From positions 1-64,000 of the IMG/VR virus record IMGVR_UViG_3300005573_000995: a stretch of 64,000 nt of DNA; one strand, given 5' to 3'. Both the position numbers and the translations under genes were made by a program. The notes under the pieces are model-generated. The model had not been told where the DNA came from. It saw nothing but the letters and a program-made list of their open reading frames with translations, and searched no databases. Each line of letters starts with the position of its first letter. Within the stretch, counting starts at the first letter, position 1. This DNA comes from a virus. Of this stretch, positions 50,180-58,159 are shown piece by piece.

Positions 50180-51525
50180 TGAATTACGAAAAAATTATAA
50201 ATGATGCGCTTATACTAATCCGCAATAAATCAAGGATATCCTTCAGCATATTAAAAAATTTTGACTTTAAGGCTTCTAGTGAAATAAATACTTTTGCTGT
50301 AGATGAACAAAACTTAACAATTTACTACAGCCCTAAATTTATTGAGGAAATTTTAAGCAATAAGAAATATACGCTATTCACAATAAGCTCTATAATTGAA
50401 CATGAATTATGCCATGTGCTTGGAGAGGATTATTTAAGAGCTAAACTTCTTCAAAAAAATAACATACCTATTATTCTTGATGTTTGGAATTGGTCTTGTG
50501 ATGCTATAATTAATTCGGACCTTATAGCTCACGGTTGGAGCCTGACGGAAAACTGTGTATACCCAGATTTTAGAGCTATAGGCTTCGACCGTGTCCCTCC
50601 TAAAGAAGTACTTTACGAAAGAATTTTAAGAGATTATTATAACGAAGGAGACCAAGGGGACCAAGACCAAGATCAAGACCAAGACCAAGATCAAGACCAA
50701 GACCAAGATCAAGACCAAGACCAAGATCAAGACCAAGACCAAGATCAAGACCAAGAAGGAGGACAATCCGCCAAGGCTAAAGCTAAAGTAAATGTTAAGG
50801 GTTGTCAAGGACAGCAAACAATAGAGGATCCCAAAGATTTTGAAAAAAGCGTTGAAAAGGCTAGTGCTGATATAGCTCAAAAAATCGAAAAATCATTACA
50901 AAACATAGATAATAAAGACATTAGTGAAGATACGCCACAAGCAGTTAAGATATTTGCCCAAAATATCTTAAAACGCTTAAGAATTCCATTTAGCGCTAAA
51001 CTGTCTAGGGTTATCTCTACCCATCTAGGAGATTCGGAAAATTGGACAAGACCTCATATAATTAGTAGTGCTGTAGGCAAGAAATTGCCTAGTTATAACA
51101 AGGAATTGCCTAAAATCGCTATAATCTTTGATGTTTCAGGTTCAATAGATACTGAAGAGGCACAAAACTTTTTGAATTTAGCTAGTAAATATATTAGAGC
51201 ACATAGAGAATCAGAGATTTACGTAATAACTTGCGATGATGCTGTCCAATTCTTTAAGAAAATTCACAATTTACAAGAAATACCGTTAGAGGGACGAGGC
51301 TCCACAGATTTTAGGCCACCATTCGAATTGATCAAGGAAAAACACTTAAACCCAGACCTAATTTTATACTTTACGGATTTGCGAGGGATATTTCCTTCTT
51401 ATCGAAAAATTCCTCAACTATATTGGATTGTTGAGGAAAAGAAGTACAATTCTCTCAACGAAGGATATAGATCTGAAGCCATTCGATTAGGGAAAGTTAT
51501 TACCTACAGAGAGGATGAGCTATAA
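50179..51525 (+). CDS. DUF2201-like metallopeptidase plus VWA protein with DQ repeat
   Basis: HELCH, DVSGS, GRGSTDFRP, YFTD. Confidence 0.88.
   Translation: MNYEKIINDALILIRNKSRISFSILKNFDFKASSEINTFAVDEQNLTIYYSPKFIEEILSNKKYTLFTISSIIEHELCHVLGEDYLRAKLLQKNNIPIILDVWNWSCDAIINSDLIAHGWSLTENCVYPDFRAIGFDRVPPKEVLYERILRDYYNEGDQGDQDQDQDQDQDQDQDQDQDQDQDQDQDQDQDQEGGQSAKAKAKVNVKGCQGQQTIEDPKDFEKSVEKASADIAQKIEKSLQNIDNKDISEDTPQAVKIFAQNILKRLRIPFSAKLSRVISTHLGDSENWTRPHIISSAVGKKLPSYNKELPKIAIIFDVSGSIDTEEAQNFLNLASKYIRAHRESEIYVITCDDAVQFFKKIHNLQEIPLEGRGSTDFRPPFELIKEKHLNPDLILYFTDLRGIFPSYRKIPQLYWIVEEKKYNSLNEGYRSEAIRLGKVITYREDEL
50659..50754 (+). repeat. 18-bp tandem repeat GACCAAGACCAAGATCAA encoding (DQ)n
   Basis: About 5.3 perfect units. 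Confidence 0.95.
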
Positions 51526-51651
51526 ATGATGGACAGTTTAGCCTACTTTTTCGACAGCCTAGCTAAACTGATAATCGAAATACTAAAAATTACGATAATT
51601 AGCGCAATAGCGTATATAATTTTAGCTTATGTCTTAAGGAGAGGCTCCTAA

Positions 51652-51885
51652 ATGAATAAGAAGACACAAAAGAAGATAAGGAAAACTGATAAAGAGCTAG
51701 AGGAAAACATGGAAATAGTCACCTTATCATGGGACCAAATACTAAATCTTGCGAAAGAACTAGAATCTCACAAAAAGAGAGATGAATTTTTAAGGCTATT
51801 TGAAGATAACAGAAAATTGCTAATTACCTATAAGGCTCGATGGGATTGTGATGTTATTTTGGGAGAATTGATAAGAATTGAGTAA
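51652..51885 (+). CDS. Hypothetical protein
   Basis: ORF with RBS. Confidence 0.55.
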   Translation: MNKKTQKKIRKTDKELEENMEIVTLSWDQILNLAKELESHKKRDEFLRLFEDNRKLLITYKARWDCDVILGELIRIE

Positions 51886-52075
51886 AACAGCAAAATATCG
51901 CATTACCCTTAAAGACCAGAATGGTCACGAAATTACTCAAACAATTTGGTTAACTAGTGAACAATTCGATGAACTTGATAAGGCATTGCGCATTTTAAAC
52001 AACATACTTGGCCTTAAATGTGATATTTTATATAATGATTGGATATGGATAATATAAAGGAGGTGAGATAAAAAA

Positions 52076-52348
52076 TTGAAAGACCAAAACAAAAACGATA
52101 AGAACATGGCAATACCTAAAGGCTTTTTTAAGGTCTTAAAATTACAGATGTGCCCTGAATGCAGATCCTCAAAATGGCAAATAACTAGCCCATTCCCTGC
52201 CGGATATCTTTCCCATGCAGCTACTATATGGGTTAATTGCAAAAAATGTGGAAGACTTGAAGCCTTCGGATGGCAAATGTGTAAAATATGTAAAATTCAT
52301 GTCTTCCGACTAGATAAAACAAAAGGCTGGAGACAGGAATTAGGCTAG
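52076..52348 (+). CDS. Cys-rich hypothetical protein
   Basis: CPEC..CKKC..CKIC; GGAGGTGA RBS. Confidence 0.6.
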   Translation: MKDQNKNDKNMAIPKGFFKVLKLQMCPECRSSKWQITSPFPAGYLSHAATIWVNCKKCGRLEAFGWQMCKICKIHVFRLDKTKGWRQELG

Positions 52349-52586
52349 TACTTTTTTCTAGCTTCTTTCCCCGTTTTTCTATTTTCCCGAAATACTAGCG
52401 CGAGATAAGCGGATTTTATGCCTAGGAAAAGGCTTTTTTAGTAGGAATTATAGGGATTAAGGGTAGGCTATTCATGATATACCTAGGGATACCCATTACC
52501 CTATACCCTACCCATTAGCCATTACCCATTACCTAAACTGCTTAATGGAAAAGGCTCCTACCTAGATTGATTAACCCTTAAGGTCA

Positions 52587-52810
52587 CAAATATTTGTTAA
52601 AAATTAACGTTTTGAGGGGACCACTGGATATCGGATTTTTTACAAATATTTGTAGCGGTTTAAGGGTTTGAAGGGTTAGCAAGCAGTTTAAAACCCTACA
52701 AATATTTGATAACCTACTCTACCTAGGATATAGTTAGCTCACTTATTGCGTTATAGATGCAATAAAGACCTATACCGTGTCCTAGATGTTGAAAGGTTTA
52801 CAAATATTTG
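52587..52810. repeat. CAAATATTTG cluster (4 sites)
   Basis: 52587, 52643, 52699, 52801. Confidence 0.9.
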
Positions 52811-53090
52811 ATAACCTAGTCTTGCTGGTTTTGATGGCCTGTCCTTGTTGGTCTTGATAACCGATTACCCTAATCTAGCATTTTGATTTAGACATCAGAT
52901 ATAGGGTTATAGATGGGATAGTATAACTTGTATTAGCGCTCTACTGGCAATTCTTTCCTCCCGTCAAAAAGGCTATATATAGCGGGCTAACAGATGGACG
53001 GGAGTTATAGATATGTATAATCTCGGTTATCCTTCTTGCTACCAGTAAAGCTTATATATAGAGATAACAAAGGCTTATAGAAGAGAAGGC

Positions 53091-53270
53091 ATGGGACAAA
53101 ATAACAAATCTCATTATCATGTTACCGTAATGTGTCGGGAATGTGGGAAGTTATTTGACCTTCTGAAGTATTGGGATTACTGTCCATACTGTCATATCGC
53201 CATCCCCTTCTCAGTAGTCGAAGTTACTGCAAGAGATATGAATACCGGACAGCAGATAATGCTTAAATAA
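53091..53270 (+). CDS. 59-aa zinc-ribbon protein
   Basis: Hand-translated CRECG..CPYC; TATA at about 53052. Confidence 0.6.
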   Translation: MGQNNKSHYHVTVMCRECGKLFDLLKYWDYCPYCHIAIPFSVVEVTARDMNTGQQIMLK

Positions 53271-53302
53271 TGGACTATATATACGATTAATGTAGATATA
53301 GA

Positions 53303-53779
53303 ATGAACAGAAAGGAACTCGCTATAACAGCTTTAATGACTACTCTTTATGTCGTCTTAGTTCAATCTCTTGGTCCTCTATCCTTTATGCAAATACAGGT
53401 TAGAATAGCGAATGCTCTAATAGGTGTAGTGCCAGTAGTGGGTGAACCGGCAGTGATTGGTCTTACGCTAGGTGTATTAATAGGAAATATCAACAGTCCT
53501 CTGGGCTTTATTGACCTTCTCTCGTTTATCCCTTCCCTTTTTGGAATGATAATAGTTCTCAAGACTAAAGGAAAGATGGTAATGGTAGGGCTATCGGTCT
53601 ATAGTCTATTACTTTCAGCTTGGGTAGCTTTTATGCTAAACATGATATTTGGAGTTCCATATCTTATAACATTTCTCTATGTGCTTGGAGGAATGATTAT
53701 ATCTACTGTCGTCCTAGGCTATCTGGTATATATTGGCTTAAAGAAAAGAATGAGAAGCTATGAGAGTAGCAAAAATTGA
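53303..53779 (+). CDS. queT: QueT-family queuosine precursor transporter
   Basis: LYVVL..PLSF..IQVRIA.AL, GLTLG..N..SPLG..D; about 5 TM helices. Confidence 0.8.
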   Translation: MNRKELAITALMTTLYVVLVQSLGPLSFMQIQVRIANALIGVVPVVGEPAVIGLTLGVLIGNINSPLGFIDLLSFIPSLFGMIIVLKTKGKMVMVGLSVYSLLLSAWVAFMLNMIFGVPYLITFLYVLGGMIISTVVLGYLVYIGLKKRMRSYESSKN

Positions 53780-54251
53780 AAGAGCACTCATGATAGCTGA
53801 ACTGGAATTAGACGGACTTAAAACTCACACTACTATGAAAAAAGAGAAGTGCAGAATCTATAACACCGTATTTGATAAGAAAATTAGAAGAGCATTATCA
53901 GCAGTCAGGTCAGCAAGAGATATTCTACGCTTTGATGTTGGAGAGAAACAGATGACTATTACAACAAGAGGTGGCTCTAATCGTCATGGGAGATGGGATG
54001 CTAATCCAAGGTCTTCGTTTACTCAATTCCCCTGTGGCTTTGACATTGACGACAAAGAACCTGGCAAAGGACTAGCTAGCAAGTGTTGGCATTGTGGCAA
54101 TGTATTTATCAAAACTAAGCTCTGTCCCGTCTGTAAGCTTTATATCTGCCCTAGCTGTCATGGATGTGGTTGTCAGCTATCTGATGAAGCTAGAAAAGCC
54201 GTCTATTGCGCTCTAAAGACGTTGAGTCCACAAACCACGCTTCTGGAGTAA
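53760..54251 (+). CDS. Cys-rich hypothetical protein
   Basis: CWHC..CPVC..CPSC..CGC. Confidence 0.65.
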   Translation: MRVAKIERALMIAELELDGLKTHTTMKKEKCRIYNTVFDKKIRRALSAVRSARDILRFDVGEKQMTITTRGGSNRHGRWDANPRSSFTQFPCGFDIDDKEPGKGLASKCWHCGNVFIKTKLCPVCKLYICPSCHGCGCQLSDEARKAVYCALKTLSPQTTLLE

Positions 54252-54298
54252 TGAAAAGCTTAAATAACAGCTTATATATATGTTTGACGTGATATAGA

Positions 54299-54595
54299 AT
54301 GGGAGAAACAGAAAAAAGCTTGAAGGAAGCAGTCGCCAACGCTATAGTCGAGATGGAGCCACTTAAGACCTTTGGTTATAAGACTAAAATGAGATATGAC
54401 AACAAGTATGATGTTGTATGGATAAAGATATATAAAATAGCAAAGGGAAAAGGTCTGTTATGGCATTTGGGGAGTCTTCTCTCGCTTCGCTTACAGGCAC
54501 ATGGATTAAAGATAATCTATATGCGAGGTTGTCCAGATGGACAGATAGAGTTCGCAATAGATAGACAGAATACACATCGTCTAACAATTTTATAG
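54299..54595 (+). CDS. Hypothetical protein
   Basis: TATA upstream. Confidence 0.6.
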   Translation: MGETEKSLKEAVANAIVEMEPLKTFGYKTKMRYDNKYDVVWIKIYKIAKGKGLLWHLGSLLSLRLQAHGLKIIYMRGCPDGQIEFAIDRQNTHRLTIL

Positions 54596-54632
54596 GGGGA
54601 AAGGCATATATATTAGTTCTTCTGCTACTGGA

Positions 54633-54715
54633 TAGGGGCAGATAGGGATTTAGCACATCCTCTTTTTGAGGATGGTTTGCATCGTAAGGTGCAGACGAAA
54701 CTTGTCTGCCTCCTA
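54633..54715 (+). ncRNA. Candidate structured small RNA C
   Basis: Three-helix junction with G-U pairs and GTAA tetraloop, downstream of TATA (about 54606). Confidence 0.6.
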
Positions 54716-54942
54716 ATTTAGCCCAAACTTTATATATAAGACTCTAACCCTATTGTATCGAATCAAAATGGCACACAAAGTACTGACTAGGATAGGTCTA
54801 GTATCTTTAGGCATACTGGTCTTAATAGGAGTTATCATCTTCGACGTAACAGTTTGGAACAATTTATTTTCTTCCGGAAATGATTTGGGAAGAACAATAG
54901 GATATGGTATAGGATGCAAGGGATAGACTCATAAAATGAGGA

Positions 54943-55128
54943 TTGAAAGACGAGATGGCTTGTCCCTACGCACAAACTTATGCGGAACAAGGCTTCAATT
55001 ACGTGGGTTCGGAAGACTTTTCCCACGCTTCTAATGGACCATATCAACAGATGATTAACAAGCTGATAGAGCAAGGATGGACTGTCAAGTTCGTGGGTTT
55101 TGAGAGAGAGGAGGTGAGCAATCAATGA
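54943..55128 (+). CDS. Small hypothetical protein
   Basis: ORF coupled to next gene. Confidence 0.5.
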   Translation: MKDEMACPYAQTYAEQGFNYVGSEDFSHASNGPYQQMINKLIEQGWTVKFVGFEREEVSNQ

Positions 55129-55310
55129 CTGAGATAACTAGGGAGCAGTTTTCTGCGTATGTCAAAGTTCAGTATAGCGGAGTAACCAACATGTTTGCTA
55201 TTGATGTAGTAGAGGCTTTATCAGGACTTTCGAAAGAACAAATCCTCTCTATTATGAAGAACTATGAGGAACTCAAAAAACGATATCCAGATGTGATAAG
55301 GGTCATATAA
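55125..55310 (+). CDS. DUF5049-like small protein
   Basis: VQ.SG.TNMF..V motif; GGAGGTGA RBS. Confidence 0.6.
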   Translation: MTEITREQFSAYVKVQYSGVTNMFAIDVVEALSGLSKEQILSIMKNYEELKKRYPDVIRVI

Positions 55311-55353
55311 AAGACTGTAGGAAAAGTTTATATATTGTCCTTTTAATAGTGAT

Positions 55354-55529
55354 ATGCGCGGTGGAGCCAACGGAGCCAACAAGCGCCTTAGGTGCTTGCG
55401 CCCGTTGTGTATTCCTCCGCAAGTGGAGTGCGACCAGAGTCTCGCGAACTAGGCGAGGTTGCTCTGCTCCACTGTTTGGAGGTTAGTCCTCCGCGATGGG
55501 AGACAGTCGCAGAAGTCTCCCACCGCATA
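55354..55529 (+). ncRNA. Candidate multibranch structured RNA D
   Basis: Nested GC-rich helices downstream of TATA GAAAAGTTTATATA (55321). Confidence 0.65.
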
Positions 55530-55798
55530 CCCCTTAAATTGAGGTTTAACAACAATTTGTTTCGTTGGCTTAAACGGCTATTTTCGTCTAGAAAGAAAGC
55601 CTTTTTGGGGCTATTTTGTGAGGAGCATTTGCCCGAAGTTATCAAATATCATGGAACTTGTATAGTAACTCCACTACAAGGAGATTCGGTTCCTACTGAC
55701 CAAAGGTGTAACGTATACACTTGTAAAAACTTAGTAGTATATTCTGTTGAGAAAGACGAGGATAAAATATTTTGAATTATTTTCTTATGTGAGAAATA

Positions 55799-55993
55799 AT
55801 GGCTACATTACGCTGTCCTTATTGTGGTAAGTTCTTGAGTGTAGCTTATTATAAAATACATGTGAGATATATTTGCGAACAAAACCCAAACAACTATCAA
55901 ACTACTACCTGCCCTAAGTGTGGTTACACATATAAAATAAGGGGGAGGAAACCAATAAATGCAAAACCTTATATAGAAGAAGAAGATTCTTAA
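55799..55993 (+). CDS. Small zinc-finger protein
   Basis: CPYCG..H...C..CPKCG. Confidence 0.6.
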   Translation: MATLRCPYCGKFLSVAYYKIHVRYICEQNPNNYQTTTCPKCGYTYKIRGRKPINAKPYIEEEDS

Positions 55994-56062
55994 AAGAGAT
56001 AGCGGAGCATATTTAGTATCCGCTTGATATATACATTTAATCATTTTAAAAGGTGTAAATAA

Positions 56063-56365
56063 ATGAGTTTTCTTGATAGTCGCACGTGGGAAGCACAAAA
56101 GAGGCCAGAGAAAGACCCCGAAAAGGTAAAAACTAGATATCAAGACATATATGAAGAAAAGGGTGCATCTGCATTTGCTGACCCAGTTCATAAATCATAT
56201 CCGATAGATACTTATGAGCATGTAAGAGCAGCTATCGCTTATTTCTCTAAGCCGAAAAATTACAGGAGATATAAGCCGGAAGAGAGAAAGTGGATATGGA
56301 ATCGCATAGTAAAGGCAGCAAAGAAGTTCAAGATAGAAGTATCAGAGCCTGAATGGTCCGATTAA
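56063..56365 (+). CDS. DUF6582-like protein
   Basis: FADP..YPIDT.EHVRAA..YF..N...Y..ER..I..RI..AAK.F. Confidence 0.65.
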   Translation: MSFLDSRTWEAQKRPEKDPEKVKTRYQDIYEEKGASAFADPVHKSYPIDTYEHVRAAIAYFSKPKNYRRYKPEERKWIWNRIVKAAKKFKIEVSEPEWSD

Positions 56366-56589
56366 ACAAAAGGAGAGAAGCCTCTTTGAGTCGTCTTGCT
56401 GTCTCCCCTTTACTGTGTATTATCTTTGGGGCATTCTTAATAATCGACAAATTATTTTTACATCTAATCTTTTTTGATTATGATAAAATTGGACTTGGAT
56501 GGCTTAATCCGTATTTTTCTCATCTTATTTGGGGGCTTCTCTTACTTATGGCAGGACTGTTTGATGTGATAAGAAATGAGCGCCCTTAA
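56353..56589 (+). CDS. Small membrane protein
   Basis: Two hydrophobic segments. Confidence 0.5.
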   Translation: MVRLNKRREASLSRLAVSPLLCIIFGAFLIIDKLFLHLIFFDYDKIGLGWLNPYFSHLIWGLLLLMAGLFDVIRNERP

Positions 56590-56806
56590 TCAAAAATGGT
56601 GGAGACGATGGAGAGAGAAAAGAGAAGGTCATTGGATAACCAAAGAGGATAAACACATATATATAAGAGATAAGAAAGAAGAGGATAGGGATGATGTTTG
56701 GGCTTTAGTGAAGAAACAGATTATGAGAGAAGTGGAATATACAGAGGATTGGGAAAGGTCGAACCTCTCGAAGAAAAAAGCACCTTCCAAGAAAAAATCA
56801 AAATAG
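56576..56806 (+). CDS. Hypothetical protein
   Basis: ORF, GHWIT...HIYI. Confidence 0.5.
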   Translation: MSALNQKWWRRWREKREGHWITKEDKHIYIRDKKEEDRDDVWALVKKQIMREVEYTEDWERSNLSKKKAPSKKKSK

Positions 56807-57006
56807 TTGATGTAATTGAAGTAAAAGGGGCATCAATTGTGGATATACGCGTAAAGTTCGACTATCTCGATGAGCCAATTAGCTTATGTTATCCTTCGTC
56901 TATGCCCAAAGAATACATTATCAATGATATCCAAAAAACGTATGATTTAATTAAAGGGAACAAAAATCCTTCAGAACTGAAGGATTTAAAAGACTTAACA
57001 TTATAG
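56698..57006 (+). CDS. Hypothetical protein (start uncertain)
   Basis: ORF. Confidence 0.5.
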   Translation: MGFSEETDYERSGIYRGLGKVEPLEEKSTFQEKIKIVDVIEVKGASIVDIRVKFDYLDEPISLCYPSSMPKEYIINDIQKTYDLIKGNKNPSELKDLKDLTL

Positions 57007-57103
57007 GGGGAGAGGGGAATAAAGGACGTGAAGAACGCCGAAAAAACTAATTGTCTTCTGTCCTTGGCCTAGCGTCCCCTCTCCTTCCACAAAACTGCTA
57101 GGC
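57006..57103 (+). ncRNA. Candidate hairpin/pseudoknot RNA E
   Basis: 13-bp GGGGGAGAGGGGA/TCCCCTCTCCTTC stem; GCCTAGC/GCTAGGC cross-pairing. Confidence 0.45.
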
Positions 57104-57160
57104 AATAATGATATTTAAAAGGATATATTTAAAGTTTTCAAATCTTTAGGTGAACAAAAT

Positions 57161-57604
57161 TTGCCCGTATTAGCAAGTAGTGCCGTGATTGCTCAAGAAT
57201 TTAGTGGAGCATCTATTTCATCAAGCGTAATTACAATTTATGGAGTAGGGCATGGAAGACCTTATGCCATCCGAGACATTAATCAAAATAACGTTATCTG
57301 TGATGTAGCTACTACTGATGACGTGATTATTGATGTAAGCGGATTGTCTTTGCCTATGGCCGGCTATATTGTTGTATATACTCTGCAAGGGCTTAGTGCT
57401 TCTCCCTGGTGCTTCTTAAAGGTTAATCAAATCTATGGGGGGGATATATATCGTGTTATTAGAACCAATACATATAACCCTCCGGTCTTGCAGGGCAAGA
57501 TAACAACAAGGGTAGATGGAGCAAAAAAGCTTTTGACTCCTTCGCAAATTGTTTCTTTGATTAATCAGGGAAAAGACGTAGAAGTTATTGGCGATAGTGT
57601 CTAA
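57161..57604 (+). CDS. Hypothetical protein
   Basis: GGTGA RBS and TATA upstream. Confidence 0.65.
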   Translation: MPVLASSAVIAQEFSGASISSSVITIYGVGHGRPYAIRDINQNNVICDVATTDDVIIDVSGLSLPMAGYIVVYTLQGLSASPWCFLKVNQIYGGDIYRVIRTNTYNPPVLQGKITTRVDGAKKLLTPSQIVSLINQGKDVEVIGDSV

Positions 57605-57676
57605 ATTCTTAAGGACTTTGGAGATAAGGGTAAAGATTTAAATATATGGACAGAAAGCTTATAAGACAGAGAAAAT

Positions 57677-57964
57677 ATGTCCTTCGAGACCGAAATACTA
57701 AAATATGAAAATCAAATTAAAGACTTAATGGAAAGAATTCATGAACTCAGCCCTACTCGTATAGTCTATAATGCTATTGAAATTAATGGTGAAAAGCACC
57801 TCTTATATGGGGCAACATTTGCTTCTAATGGGCGCCTTGAAGGTCTCGAAGTTAAGAAGGTAAAAGATTCAGTAGAAGCTGAGCTGTGGGAGCTTGTTCG
57901 TCAAAGAGAAGACTTACTCTTTGAATATGACAAGTTAGTTAAGACTCAAATAAAAAGTGGTTGA
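57677..57964 (+). CDS. Hypothetical coiled-coil protein
   Basis: TATA upstream. Confidence 0.6.
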   Translation: MSFETEILKYENQIKDLMERIHELSPTRIVYNAIEINGEKHLLYGATFASNGRLEGLEVKKVKDSVEAELWELVRQREDLLFEYDKLVKTQIKSG

Positions 57965-57967
57965 AAT

Positions 57968-58147
57968 ATGTGTCATATAGACCGAAAGGGAGACGTAATA
58001 GCTACCTGCAAAATATATGCTGAATTGAAAGGAGAATTAACGACTGCTCAAACTCAAGAAGTGGCCGACTTAATTAAAGAGCTAACAGACAAATTGGCAA
58101 AACATTACGACCATTCTTGGGCGATGACTATTCAATACGATAAGTGA
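57968..58147 (+). CDS. 59-aa hypothetical protein
   Basis: Hand-translated; fills the gap before the portal. Confidence 0.5.
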   Translation: MCHIDRKGDVIATCKIYAELKGELTTAQTQEVADLIKELTDKLAKHYDHSWAMTIQYDK

Positions 58148-58159
58148 ACGTGAGTTTAA

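Noticed and set aside
50626-50880. Hydrophobic (LVLI)n ORF on the minus strand
   Set aside because: Antisense shadow of the DQ repeat
44132-52810. CAAATATTTG clusters as a CRISPR array
   Set aside because: The repeat is only 10 bp, clusters are short and dispersed, and no cas genes were seen; kept as a binding-site array
54633-54715. Hammerhead ribozyme
   Set aside because: Has three stems and GAAAC but no CUGANGA core
55354-55529. tRNA or SRP RNA
   Set aside because: No T-loop GTTC motif, D-loop pattern or SRP helix 8 motif; no tRNA was recognised anywhere in the window
57006-57095. H/ACA guide RNA (ACA follows the stem)
   Set aside because: Pocket-to-ACA distance is too long and there is no clear K-turn
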